Of a stretch of 64,000 bases of DNA, positions 12,301 through 23,885 are shown piece by piece. Below the pieces are notes generated by a model, which worked only from the letters and a program-made list of their open reading frames with translations, was not told the origin of the DNA and searched no databases. Position numbers and translations under genes: made by a program. This stretch comes from Tubiluchus corallicola. Taxonomy: Eukaryota; Animalia; Priapulida. The stretch spans positions 1-64,000 of the forward strand of contig JAQGDQ010000959.1 of the NCBI GenBank assembly GCA_030141605.1. The letters run 5' to 3'. Every line of letters starts with the position of its first letter. Positions within the stretch are counted from its first letter, which is position 1.

Positions 12301-12817
12301 TGAAGGAAAAATATTGAGTCAATTAAGCAAAGTTATTTGAGTCAATTACCGGTAGTTTTTATGTATATTTGAATAGAAGCAGCCCGTTCCAGGCGTTTTT
12401 GAGTCAATTAATTGATTGAGTATATTAACCGTGAGTCTATTAAGCGACGCCTACTGTATATTTGAATAGAAGTGGCCTGTTCCAGGCATTTTTGAGTCAA
12501 TTAAGTGATGGAGTCTATTAACCGTGAGTCTATTAAGCGGCGCCTACTGTAGTTCATTCTGTGACCCTCACTAATTTTACATTAATAAAAAACATGTTAC
12601 TCATTTGTACACTTTCTCTACATTGGCACAGCTCATCTTGTCAGTTTTACATGGACAAACAGGGAGAAGCTTTGTGTTATTTGTTTATCAAAATGACGCA
12701 ACAGGACGGATGATGTTACAATCAGTTTTACATTCGCAGGTTTACAGTCATTCGCAAGGTTTACAAGTTCATGTTCTGCCGGCGAGCAACATCAGCAGCC
12801 TAGAAGTTGCTACATGA
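1261..12817 (+). CDS. TRAPPC10: Trafficking protein particle complex subunit 10 (TRAPP II, TMEM1/Trs130), 3' part; the 5' exons lie upstream of this span
   Basis: Exons 1261-1398, 3941-4041, 5557-5683, 6924-7091, 7971-8148, 9747-9860, 10976-11136 and 12740-12817 (TGA). All have AG/GT boundaries with matching phases; 1065 nt = 355 codons. Peptides FCRAGHMCRLNIQI, LMYEVLADQTQWAVCGRTAG, VSLDVMPLISGYLSMPEV and GQVYSHSQGLQVHVLP match the recalled human TRAPPC10 C-terminus (YCRTGSLCSLEV, LMYEVVDNSSNWAVCGKSCG, EVMPLFAGYLPLPDV, GQVFNSSSGTQVLVIP). Confidence 0.92.
1439..1948. repeat. Minisatellite, 20-bp unit AGTTATATACATG(G/C)TGGTAC, about 25 copies, in a TRAPPC10 intron
   Basis: Direct tandem repeat that explains ORFs 1409-1951, 1471-2001 and 1491-1997. 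Confidence 0.97.
2021..2613. mobile_element. Kolobok-type MITE family B, diverged copy
   Basis: TTAA-AAGAAA...TTTTCAT-TTAA ends; the interior aligns by eye with 48540-49140 (e.g. CATCACAAA..AACATAATTTTC, TCGGCAA.TTTTAAG...AAATTCAAATTTC). Confidence 0.65.
2755..3169. mobile_element. hAT (Charlie-like) MITE
   Basis: TIR CAGGGGTGTGCAAA...TTTGCACACCCCTG, 8-bp TSD ATGTAGTA/ATGTAGTG, subterminal GGGCC(G/A)CA motifs. Confidence 0.85.
4118..4643. mobile_element. Degenerate Tigger/pogo-like MITE
   Basis: The left end TAC..ATACCTCCGTTGTCGA is an imperfect inverse of the right end GTCGAGAACAGAGGTACTACAGTA; internal TCGAC/TCGTAC subrepeats. Confidence 0.5.
5001..5427 (+). mobile_element. Kolobok-type MITE family A, internally deleted copy
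   Basis: TTAA-AGGAAAACCGGATGATTGT...ACAATCGTCCGGTCTTCCT-TTAA; closely similar to the copies at 33816, 37294, 46635 and 61363. Confidence 0.85.
5935..6877. mobile_element. Kolobok-type MITE family C
   Basis: TTAA-AGCACAAGAAAAGG...CTTGTCCT-TTAA; the left ~190 bp resembles 25828-26010. Confidence 0.6.
8273..8392 (+). pseudogene. 5S rRNA-derived sequence forming the head of a SINE3-like element
   Basis: Near full-length 5S sequence CTACGGCC..TTGAAAACACCGGTTCTCGTCTGATCACCGAAGTTAAGCAACG..GGTTAGTGCTTGGATGGGTGACC..GGAATACC..GCTGTAGGCTT, with Pol III box A and box C recognisable. It has several substitutions, no oligo-T terminator and is a single intronic copy. Confidence 0.88.
8273..8816 (+). mobile_element. 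5S-headed SINE (SINE3) with an RTE-derived body and tail
   Basis: The 5S head is followed by a GC-rich body. 8706-8768 reads SRIALLSHSRRCNSINVINN*, like the C-terminus of RTE-clade ORFs, followed by the tail stem-loop TTGGC...TGTCT-TCCG-AGACA...GCCAA. Confidence 0.7.
9036..9382 (+). mobile_element. tRNA-derived SINE with an (ATT)n tail
   Basis: A box TAGTCTAGTGG, B box GTTCGAACC, acceptor-like pairing GACCAG/CTGGTC, core TACCAGAGACTTTAAAAATGGTGCCTGCTG, then AATAAA and a long (ATT)n. Confidence 0.8.
10500..10826 (+). mobile_element. Kolobok-type MITE family A, 5'-truncated
   Basis: Right half of family A, ending ACAATCGTCCGGTTTTCCT-TTAA. Confidence 0.8.
11197..11623. mobile_element. Unclassified MITE with long TIRs
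   Basis: TTTATAGGTTTTACACGTCAAATGTAGAC ... GTCTACATTTGACATGTAAAACCTATAAA, with repeated TCAAATGT(A/G)GAC subterminal units in inverted orientation. Confidence 0.75.
11971..12551. mobile_element. Tc1/pogo-like MITE with a duplicated right end
   Basis: TA|CAGTAGGCGCCGTTTAATAGACTCAC ... GTGAGTCTATTAAGCG(A/G)CGCCTACTG|TA; the right TIR occurs twice (ending 12458 and 12551). Confidence 0.85.
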
Positions 12818-12829
12818 AAACTATTTATA

Positions 12830-14062
12830 GTGATTCTTGCATCCGATCAAGCTTGTACAGTTTGCACGAAAGTACATTGCTCCAGATATCAGTGATTCTT
12901 GCATCCAGCTTGTACTGTTTGCATGAAAGGACATTACTCCAGCAATCAGTGATTCTTGCATCCGATCAAGCTTGTACAGTTTGCATGAAAGGACATTACT
13001 ACAGCAATCAGTGATTCTTGCATCCGATCAAGCTTGTACAGTTTGCACGAAAGGACATTACTACAGCAATCAGCGATTCTTGCATCCGACCAAGCTTGTA
13101 CAGTTTGCATGAAAGGACATTACTCCAGCAATCAGTGATTCTTGCATCCGATCAAGATTGTACAGTTTGCATGAAAAGACATTCCAGCAATCAGTGATTC
13201 CTGCATCCGATCAAGCTTGCACAGTTTGCATGAAAGGACATTACTCCAGCAATCAGTGATTCTTGCATCCGATCAAGATTGTACAGTTTGCATGAAAGGA
13301 CATTACTCTAGCAATCAGTGATTCTTGCATCCGATCAAGCTTGTACAGTTTGCATGAAAGGACATTACTCCAGCAATCAGTGATTCCTGCATCTGATCAA
13401 GCTTGTACAGTTTGCATGAAAGGACGTTACTCCAGATATCAGTGATTCTTTCATCCGATCAAGCTTGTACAGTTTGCATGAAAGGACATTACTACAGCAA
13501 TCAGTGATTCTTGCATCCGATCAAGCTTGTACAGTTTGCACGAAAGGACATTACTACAGCAATCAGCGATTCTTGCATCCGACCAAGCTTGTACAGTTTG
13601 CATGAAAGGACATTACTCCAGCAATCAGTGATTCTTGCATCCGATCAAGATTGTACAGTTTGCATGAAAAGACATTCCAGCAATCAGTGATTCCTGCATC
13701 CGATCAAGCTTGTACAGTTTGCATGAAAGGACATTACTCCAGCAATCAGTGATTCTTGCATCCGATCAAGCTTGTACAGTTTGCATGAAAGGACATTACT
13801 CCTGATATCAGTGATTCTTGCATCCAATCAAGCTTGTACAGTTTGCATGAAAGGACATTACTACAGCAATCAGTGATTCTTGCATCTGATCAAGCTTGTA
13901 CAGTTTGCATGAAAGGACATTACTCCAGCAATCAGTGATTCTTGCATCCAATCAAGCTTTTACAGTTTGCATGAAAGGACATGACTACAGAAATCAGTGA
14001 TTCTTACATCCGATCAAGCTTGTACAGTTTGCATGAAAGGACATCCCTACAGCAATCAGTGA
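12830..14062. repeat. Minisatellite, 62-bp unit, about 20 copies, directly after the TRAPPC10 stop codon
   Basis: Unit ATCAGTGATTCTTGCATCCGATCAAGCTTGTACAGTTTGCATGAAAGGACATTACTCCAGCA. Confidence 0.97.
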
Positions 14063-14691
14063 TCTCGCTAACACAGAAAAGTGATCACAGTTTTTCTGTT
14101 TTTCTTCTGTAAGGATATAAATGCAATATGTCCCATTTGCATTTTGGGATAGAATGTTAATCGTTTTTCGGCTGCAAAAAGGAAAAGCTTGACATGTTGT
14201 TCAATGTTTGTAACCTATTTGCTAGGTCACACTGTTTAATTTATAAACTAAAACAGTGTTGCTGTTTAGAAAAAGTTGTAGTTGGCAATTTAACAGTGTG
14301 TAACCATTTTGGCAAAATTTAATAATCAGTTATAAAATAACAGTAGTACAAATAACAGCTTCAGATCCCAAATAAGTGATATTGCGTTAATTCCTAAATT
14401 TTACGTAATTATATGTAGTTGGTAACATTCTCAAATCAAGTTTGTTTCACTTTATAGAAAATTCATGCATTTCACTTGTGAAATATCTCTAATAGCGACT
14501 TCATCATGTTGGCAATTGTATTTCCGATATCAGATGAACGTAATGTAAAATATGTACTCACTGTGCATAGTGTATATAATAAATTATCATCTTTTTTTTA
14601 AATTATCTGTTTATTTTGTATTATTTTACTTTGCTTATGCGAAATACTTGCTTTCCTTTACGAGCAATAACGAAATTTTGCTTTCCTAAGT

Positions 14692-15426
14692 GTGTTGCAC
14701 TACAACTTCTTGCTAGAAATTATTTGTTTAATATTAAACAATTTATCTAAACGCACCACTGTTGGTATGTCCTTCTTTAATGAATTCGGTATAATAATTC
14801 TCGAAGACTTAGTTATATATCACTTGTCTATTTATATGTACAAGACATACTACAACTTGTTTCCCACTCCCTTTACAAGGTTCAACGAATATCATGTTCC
14901 TTACCGTCGTACTAATAGTGCCAGGCACTTTATTAAATTCACAGCCCCCAACAACTGGAATAAAATAAGTGCGCAAGTAAAAATACACAAAACTATTTAT
15001 AGTTTCAAAAAGTACTTGAAAAGGACTATTTTTGATTCATACTTATAATACATTTTTAATGCTTCCATGTCTCATGCAGTCGCAATATATGACCTCCAAT
15101 CAATTATAATGCTATTTTAATATACCTCTATGTAAATTAAACATACACTGTGGTCGTTTCTTCTCCTCTTTTCCTTCTTCCTATCTCTAATCTTACTATT
15201 TTTTCCATTCCATCATTTCTTCTAACCCTAACCATTCTTTCATTCACTCATTTGTGCCACCTTAACAAGTCAAGCTTTCAAGGTGTCATACAGCAACTCT
15301 TATTTGGTTAATTTGACTTCATCAACATTTTTCTTACCTATACTGTTTGTTTTTGTTTCAATAATATTGTATGTTGATGTATTGTATATATGTATTCCTG
15401 GAGTAAAATAAATTGATTGATTGATT
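14692..15426 (+). mobile_element. 3' end fragment of a CR1/L2-group LINE
   Basis: ORF end RRTNSARHFIKFTAPNNWNKI...IYSFKKYLK*, typical of CR1/L2 ORF2 C-termini; the 3' UTR ends AATAAA(TTGA)n. Confidence 0.65.
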
Positions 15427-15561
15427 GTAGGAACACATTCTGGTTTGTTATGCACGGAATTATCTCCTGTTTTCCTAAAATCTGCAAGAAAGTCAAATTT
15501 TGTGAGAATTTTTGTTACTAGAGCGCGCCACCGCTTAACTATAGTTTGAGGCATGTGTAAG

Positions 15562-17991
15562 GGTGAGGTCTACTTTGCGTACTTCTGGTTGAGCGCACAG
15601 AATTGTGGGCATGATTCGGATTTTGCGAACAGGACTATGGTTACGCGCGAAATTCAACCAAGAACAGAAAATGGCTGCTGCATACAAGACTGTTGTAGTA
15701 TCCAATGTGAATGATTGCATTCGAGTGATCAAACAACATGAATTGGATACTACAACTCATTATGTAGTTGAGTCGCAGCAGAAGCGATGACGTCGGTAAG
15801 TGTCTATAGTCTTGGAGTACAATAGTGTCATATCCAAGTGAGTTGTGGCACATGGCAGGCGTTTGCAAATTATATGTTAATTAATTAGTAAAATATTTTA
15901 AAAAGAAAGGCAGTGTTGGCCTAAATTGCTTTAAGCTTAAAAGATATAAAGAATCTGTCTGAGATGAAAGATATTCTGAATTACAGAGAATCGAATTATG
16001 CAGAGTCTTTTGAGTTTTGTTGTCTGAATTCTGTTATAATAGTATACTATATTAATAGTCATTCAGGGGCCTATATTCATAAACACTGCATACGATAGGA
16101 AAAACTACTATGACATGATATGAAAAATAAGTGCTAACCCGGTGTTGAAAGTTTTGTGAACTAAAATACTGTACGTTGGAGTCTGATTTACATTTCAGAT
16201 GTATCAAATGGTATGAAAATTCATTGGCAACTTTCGTCTCGGAAAGCAAATGGTTTGCCAATTGAATTTGATGGCATTCCTTTTGTCTTCTTGGGCAAGA
16301 AGATACTCTTGCCATCTCTGCCATGAGTCCTGAGGACTGTCAGTGAAGAAGAAATGGAAAGAAGATAAGGATCGGCATATGGTGAGGCCCACATTTTTCT
16401 TTCCTATTCCTAAGTGTGCTTTAAACTAAATGAGATCTCATCACAAGTGGGAACATACAATTAAACTACATATCTGTTTAATTTAAGCAATTCTTAGCCT
16501 GTTAATAAAAGTGTTAATACTATTTTAAGCCATGAGGGAACCACCAACAGATATTAGTGGGACAAATTCCAAAAGAAAATTAGTAATGAATAAAGAAATT
16601 TATTGCACATGGAATGGCTCAGGATTTTGCAGAATGGATTTTTATAATTTTTACGTTTTTTATACGTTTACACTAAAGTAGTTTTCAAGTATAAAAAAAA
16701 GTGGCATAATAAGTACTTATGTCAAGTGATTGACATTTTGATGTATTCTGGTCTTGTTTATCTGTATTATTGCTGGTAGCCTATAGAATATTTTATAATG
16801 GATCGCACACATTTTATAATAACTGCTGCCAATACTTATGTAGCTGGAATGCTAATGCATGTTTGCTATGCATGTGGAATCATTAGTGAGTTACTTAGGC
16901 TATTGCAGTTTGTGAGTTGTTAGTTTTTAGTTGTGAGTTGTTCTAAATATGCTTGTTGTCACTGCTATTCTGAAATATAAAAGGTGCAAACAACGTCGAA
17001 TTGACTGTTGCTTAACTTATGTATATATATATATTGATATATGCTTGGAAACACAAACATTTTAAACTAGGTTTTGCACACATGTTGACATGTAAATCAG
17101 GGGAGCCAAATTTCAAATCCTTATGAAGATTTTAGTTAATACTGCTATTGTATGTCACAGTGTTTGATTTATGCATATAATTGGACAAGCATTTACAATA
17201 CGAACAGCTAAAGCAGACTTCATATTACACATGTTAAAATTGCAACCGTATCAGTTTGCCACAACAGTAACACAGCTCTTGAATTACAATAATGCTAAGT
17301 CGATGCTTGCAGCTTGTCAGTGTCTACTTAGGTTTTATATACAGTAAAAAGTAAATTTCCTCTCTCAACACACTTCAGCTTCAAAGTTGTCCTATTTTGT
17401 CAAAGGATATTCCTGTTGGCAACATGTGCACTATTTCATGCTGTTCTGTAAAATTAAATGACTGATGCCACCCAAGCTATGTGAGTGTACCACTTAGTAT
17501 ATTACTTTTTTTCCTGAAAAAGTTACTACTATAGTTAGTACTAATCTGTATATATTTACAATAAACAAAGCTAATAAAAATGAACCCAATATAGCAAATT
17601 AAAAAAATACTTTGCACTTTCACCAAAAAGATGGACAGTACCATATTTAGCTTTTTAGTCACTAGAAACTTCTGGTAACTTGAAGGCATCTATAGTATTA
17701 ATTATGCAAAACTAAATTAACGAATGCATCACTTATGCATTTTAGTTTACTGAATAGCGTTCCAAATTGAAATTTGCAAAACTCAGTTTCTACTTGTCAG
17801 AAAGATTGTCAACTAGTTTACAGCTACAATTTCTTACCATTTTTATTAGTAGCAGCACTCTACACCATTAAAATTGTTGTTGAAACTGACGATAATGTAA
17901 TTTGCCACGCGGGTTTGTTTACACATCGAATAACATCATTTTACCCATGATCCTGTGCGCTCAACGCGAAGTACGCAAAGTAGACCTCACC
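15562..17991 (+). mobile_element. Mutator-like (MULE) non-autonomous DNA transposon, 2.43 kb
   Basis: TIR GGTGAGGTCTACTTTGCGTACTTC..GTTGAGCGCACAG / CTGTGCGCTCAAC..GAAGTACGCAAAGTAGACCTCACC, with a perfect 9-bp TSD ATGTGTAAG (15553-15561 and 17992-18000). Confidence 0.88.
15671..16381 (+). pseudogene. Decayed spliced CaRF-like coding remnant inside the MULE
   Basis: Exon 15671-15795 (MAAAYKTVVVSNVNDCIRVIKQHELDTTTHYVV, GTAAGT donor) and exon 16199-16381 (IHWQ..IEFDGIPFVFLGKKIL). Contains a stop and frameshifts. DGIPF is recalled from CaRF-family proteins. Confidence 0.5.
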
Positions 17992-19419
17992 ATGTGTAAG
18001 GGCGTGTGCGTAACTATTGCGATATACACGCGCTATCTGTAGCCGTGAAACTGACATTACGTGCGTTGGATCGAACTTGCCGTGTTGTGTGTGTGCTCAC
18101 CTGCCTGGCGTAGTGACTGTCATTAATGTAAGGTGAGTTGTTTTTACTGCAAGCTTCGTGTAACCAATAAACCATCAAGGGCTGAACGCAGCTTGTTTAT
18201 GAAGTATTATATAGCAGCGATCATGTAAATTCTTGGTGGTTTATTGGTAGTTTGGTACTTTGTAGCTTCGTGCAACGAGTAAGGCAGCACAGTTTGAAAT
18301 ACCATGTGCATTTGCACAGTTTTTTAGGCCTTTTTTGAAAGAGAATGTTGTAAATTCGAAAATTAGTTGTTTATACTTTCATGACGAATAGATACGAGTG
18401 AATGACAAATTTTCAAACTTTTGCTTTGTCGAAAGTGCATGTATGTAAAAATTTGTGACTATATAAGAGGCGTCTCAATTTTCTATTGAAGCCCAATTCA
18501 TATAACGATTCTAGTCTAAATATACACCAGACAAAAGCACAGCACATCATAGCTACACATAGTCATAAAACTGCAGACGGTGACGACATGATTATACGTA
18601 TTTTGACTTGTCCTATTTGAAAGATTCATACAATGTAGTTTATTAACATCTTGAGTGGCTTGTTTACAATTGAGGAGCAAAACTCGTTGGGAAAATCTCT
18701 CTAAAAATCCTTTCCGGTAATTTTGAATCAGAATCCCGTGCGTAAAAAAGTGCCCAGCCTTGATTTTTGACGTATAAAGTTGTGCGGTAACTTTAATTTG
18801 TTTAATTAATCATAATTGCTGTAAAAAATTATAATTCAACAGACTTTTTTAAGGTGCTTCAGTCTTTGAAATTTTACTCATCAGACCTTGAGTGTAACAA
18901 AGCGCTACCATCACGTTTTGTTCATTGTTGTTAAAGCACTTAAGTATATGGAGTTGATGTCTGTCCGAATAAACTGGTTATTCGGCCTGTAATTCGGTTC
19001 GGAAGTGATCGTGAGCGACTGTATTGAAAGGTGTTCTATAAAATAAGAATTTGCTCATTTGCCACCCTCCATCCTGTTTTGTGATTTTATAATTGTCCAA
19101 TCTCTCCATTGCACGGTTCGCACATTGCCTTGCGAAAACGGAATTTCGAATGACGCGTTGTAGTTTTGTTGTCATGAACGTGTTTTAGTGGCAGCTAGTG
19201 CATCGAAGTAAGTAATTAAGATTGAGTTGGCTCAGAACTTTATTTGAAATAGTGTTCGTGGAACAAAGTAACGTTAATTACTTCCTCTACCTTCTCTCCT
19301 TTTCCTTGTCTTTCTTTACCCCTCCTCTCTAAATTAGATTAGATTAGCGTTTATTTTAGTAGCTAGGTCATATTATACACACAGTAACAGATCCTTCTCT
19401 CTGTCACCCCGCTTTCTTG

Positions 19420-19435
19420 TTTCTTTCTTTCTTTC

Positions 19436-19482
<47 letters not shown>

Positions 19483-19584
19483 TCCTTCCCTCCCTCCCTC
19501 CCTCCCTCCCTCCCTCCCTCCCCCCCTCTCTCTCTCTCTCTCTCTCTCGTTCTCCCTGTTTTCCACTCTCTCTGTGTCACTCTC

Positions 19585-19638
<54 letters not shown>

Positions 19639-19640
19639 AC
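19420..19640. repeat. Compound polypyrimidine microsatellite (TTTC)n/(CCCT)n/(CT)n
   Basis: Seen directly. Confidence 0.95.
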
Positions 19641-20055
19641 CCTCGTTCCTCCCTGTCTTCCCCCCCTCTCCGTCTTAAATCAATATCCTGTTTCTTTTTT
19701 CTCCGGGCCATTTGCCATTTTCTTTCCCAGCAACCCTGTGAAAACACGTTTTTCGTATTCACACAATTCTAATGCAAATGATTTTGGTGTATATCCAATC
19801 AAGCCGTTCTGCTAAACCGGGTGTTCAGAAACATCTTTATCCGTATCCGCAACCAGTAGCTGCATTTTGCACTGCAACGCTTGCCTATCTGATAACACAG
19901 ATTGAGGATGTAATAACAGAACACGGCACAAACGCCAGCCTATCAATTTCAATTAAATAATGCATTGACAGGTCACGGGTTGTATGCCAAAAATACAACG
20001 AGCTTACACACGTAGCTACTGTACAGATAGCCAGACGCAGATGAAGAGAGTGAGT

Positions 20056-20059
<4 letters not shown>

Positions 20060-20136
<77 letters not shown>
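20060..20136. repeat. (AG)n microsatellite
   Basis: Seen directly. Confidence 0.95.
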
Positions 20137-20138
<2 letters not shown>

Positions 20139-22404
20139 TGAGAGAGTGTGAATGAGAGTGAGAGTGTGAGCGAGAGGACGGGAAAAGACGAGAGCGATTT
20201 TTCGTTTGACTCTGTAGTCATGTATAGTAGATGCTTATTGAGCTTGGCTTAGCGGTCTGTAATTTTTCTTTCTCTATAGACCCACGCACGTGGTTTCTAC
20301 AGGCTTAAAACAGCCATTGTCGTTGTCTCTAGTGACTAGTCGTATGTAATTGAAGTTAAAACATGAACACGTTCTGAAATCCCACTGTACTGATGATATG
20401 AGTGCCGCGCAGTCCAGAACCAGTTTTCAACATCGCTAAAAAAATTCACAATTTTGATTTTCGTACGCGCATCCAGCAAGTTGAAGGCAGTTAGTCATTC
20501 TTCTCATTGCTAGCAGAGCAAACAAGCGTATTTAAACACCAAAAGTGAGAATGCGCCGTTTTAGCACTATTCACGGGAGAATGAAATTAATGCTGTGATT
20601 AGTACTTGGGAAAGATTCGGGATTCGTAAGTTAGGGTGCGGGTTTTGAACTCCAATAGTACTACTTTCACTAAGTGTTGACACACATACCATCAGCAGTG
20701 ATTAATAGCTTATATATCACATTGGCTGAATTATGAAAACGCTTTTAGCTATGTTCCCAGACAAGAAGCTAGAGTCAATGACTTGTGAGCTGTTACTATT
20801 TTCTGCTTTGAAGATCTTTATCTTGTAATACATATCCCTGCAAATGTAGGGGATTTGACATGATCTTCAGTGAAAAACTTGAAAATGTTAAACTAGTTAT
20901 CCTCCTAGGACGTTAAATCCATGGTGATCAAATCTCCAAAATTGCAAAAAAATACAAATAACATACTTCATTTTGTTGTCGTCGGACGAGTACTTAGTCG
21001 GCGCGCCAAGTTTCTGCCTAAAATGTAATTTTGATGCGCTAAACTTCAGAGAAATGATTTTCAGTTTGATGTCATATAAAAAGGAAGGGAAAAGATAAAC
21101 AAAGATGTCACAAAAAAATAAGAAGGCTTTTCTCGCTTGTAACCGACTGCTTCTGTTTTAAGGAAGTTTGGTTTTCGATAAGTTTTTGTTCAACAATTGT
21201 ACAGTCGAGTCCTAGTAATGTGCTTAAAGATATGGGATTTTTTGACGTTAACGTAGTAAAAAAATTACTACTAGCGCAGAATAACATTCAGTCATTGGCA
21301 AGTTGGCAGCTTTATGGTCTTCTTGCACTGCGTTGGAAGTTTTTCTAACATTTGGTTAAATTTTAATCCATTTTCAGTTGAACGCTGTTCTTGAAAAAGG
21401 TAATTTGCAACTTTGTTCCTAACGCTACCTACACGTGGGCTGTGGTTTGTTTGTGAAGGCTGCAGCATCAATACCTCTCAACGCGAATGTTTTTGCGTTC
21501 ACTTTAGCAATAGCAGTAAAAATGCATGGATTCGGTTACATTTGTCTAAAATAGAACTAGTGGTCTTAACAGTTGCACTAGCCTGGCGTGGATATAGTGA
21601 CTCAACTGAGGTCTACTAAGTTCTATAGACAAAACATTGAACAGCTATTGTTGAGTGATAATAATATCACAGCAATTTTAAAATTATCTGAACATTTTAA
21701 GACTGGGCGTAAATTGAACACTTTATTACAACCGTCGACTAAAACTAGTTTTTACGTTGTTTTTTCTCTGTGTAATTCACCAAGGGATTTTGTTGCCCGT
21801 GTTTGCTGTCTTTTGGAAAAAACGAAAAGTCGTTGACTGAAGTCAGAGACTTTTGTATTCGCGCCAGAGGTTATGATTTCTGAAGCGTAATGATGGATTG
21901 GGGCGCGTTCTTCTGTGTAAACTGGAAAATATTTTCTATCCACAAAAAATGATAATAGACGGTATGCTGTCCACGCAAGGCCGTAGTTTTGCAAGGGCGT
22001 TGCCTACTTAACTCTCTAGGAGGGGGCTGGAAAACAAACTCGAAGACGCCTAGCTGCATTTTTAGTTCAGCCATTTTCAAATCTTGGTTATTTGAGATGC
22101 TGTCAGCACAGCATGCTGTACCTGGTCCATATATATCGAACATTAAATCCACGTGAGGCTTATAGACGCACATTTCTTCGCAGAATCGGCTCTAGATGGG
22201 CGCAAGAATTGTGCAAATTTTCAAAGCTTGATATCTGAATCATGCTTGACCCACAAACAAATAAACAAAAGGGAAGAAGTCAAATTAAAGACATCCGGAA
22301 GTTGAGAAAGTGCCCGTGGGAATCCGTGTGTTCTGCGTGTGTTTCTCTGTTCCACCAGTTTGAAGGCTAACATATTTTGCACGTTGTACAAGGCGTATTT
22401 AACA

Positions 22405-23508
22405 TGATGACCGTTGTCTAGAGTGACATTACACGATGACCGATGTCCAGATTGACATTACACGATGACCGATGTCTAGAGTGACATTACACGATGACCG
22501 ATGTCTAGAGTGACATTACACGATGACCGATGTCTAGAGTGACATTACACGATGACCGATGTCCAGATTGACATTACACGATGACCTATGTCTAGAGTGA
22601 CATTACACGATGACCGATGTCTAGAGTGACATTACACGATGACCGATGTCTAGAGTGACATTACACGATGACCGATGTCTAGAGTGACATTACACGATGA
22701 CCGATGTCTAGAGTGACATTACACGATGACCGATGTCTAGAGTGACATTACACGATGACCGATGTCTAGAGTGACATTACACGATGACCGATGTCTAGAG
22801 TGACATTACACGATGACCGATGTCTAGAGTGACATTACACGATGACCGATGTCTAGAGTGACATTACACGATGACCGATGTCTAGAGTGACATTACACGA
22901 TGACCGATGTCTAGAGTGACATTACACGATGACCGATGTCTAGAGTGACATTACACGATGACCGATGTCTAGAGTGACATTACACGATGACCGATGTCTA
23001 GAGTGACATTACACGATGACCGATGTCTAGAGTGACATTACACGATGACCGATGTCTAGAGTGACATTACACGATGACCGATGTCTAGAGTGACATTACA
23101 CGATGACCGATGTCTAGAGTGACATTCCACGATGACCGATGTCTAGAGTGACATTACACGATGACCGATGTCTAGAGTGACATTACACGATGACCGATGT
23201 CTAGAGTGACATTACGCGATGACCGATGTCTAGAGCGACATTACACGATGACCGATGTCTAGAGTGACATTACACGATGACCGATGTCTAGTGTGACATT
23301 ACACGATGACCGATGTCTAGAGTGACATTACGCGATGACCGATGTCTAGAGCGACATTACGCGATGACCTATGTCTAGAGTGACATTACACGATGACCTA
23401 TGTCTAGAGCGACATTACACGATGACCGATGTCTAGAGTGAAATTACACGATGACCTATGTCTAGAGTGACATTACGCGATGACCGATGTCTAGAGTGAC
23501 ATTACACA
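22405..23508. repeat. Minisatellite, 29-bp unit GATGACCGATGTCTAGAGTGACATTACAC, about 38 copies
   Basis: Head-to-tail repeat with no spacers; homogeneous centre, variants at the edges. Confidence 0.97.
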
Positions 23509-23639
23509 AATTTGGTTCAGCTTGGCAGTTTCTATTTGAAGAAGGAACTTTATTAAGTATTAGCATTCCTTGCGGTTTTTATCCAAGGAGAACGTCAATG
23601 ATTTAGAAAAAATATTCGATTATTTTCCTCCCCTTGTTT

Positions 23640-23839
23640 TCTCTGTCGCTCTCGCAGTCTCTCTCTGTCTTTCTCCTTCTCTCTCTATCGCTCTCTCCGG
23701 GCCCCCCCTCTCTCTCTCTTTCTGTTTCTCCCCCCTCTCTCACTCTCTCTCTCTCTCTTTCTATTTCTCCCCCTTTCTCTTTCTCTTTCGCTCTCTCTCT
23801 ATCTCTTTGTGTTTCGCTCTCTCTCCCTCTATCTCTCCC

Positions 23840-23885
<46 letters not shown>
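23640..23885. repeat. Degenerate (CT)n microsatellite
   Basis: Seen directly. Confidence 0.9.

Noticed and set aside
22405-23508. 29-bp repeat with an internal hairpin (ATGTC-N6-GACAT) as a CRISPR array
   Set aside because: The units are head-to-tail with no spacers, there are no cas genes, and the context is eukaryotic. The same applies to the 27- and 33-bp arrays.
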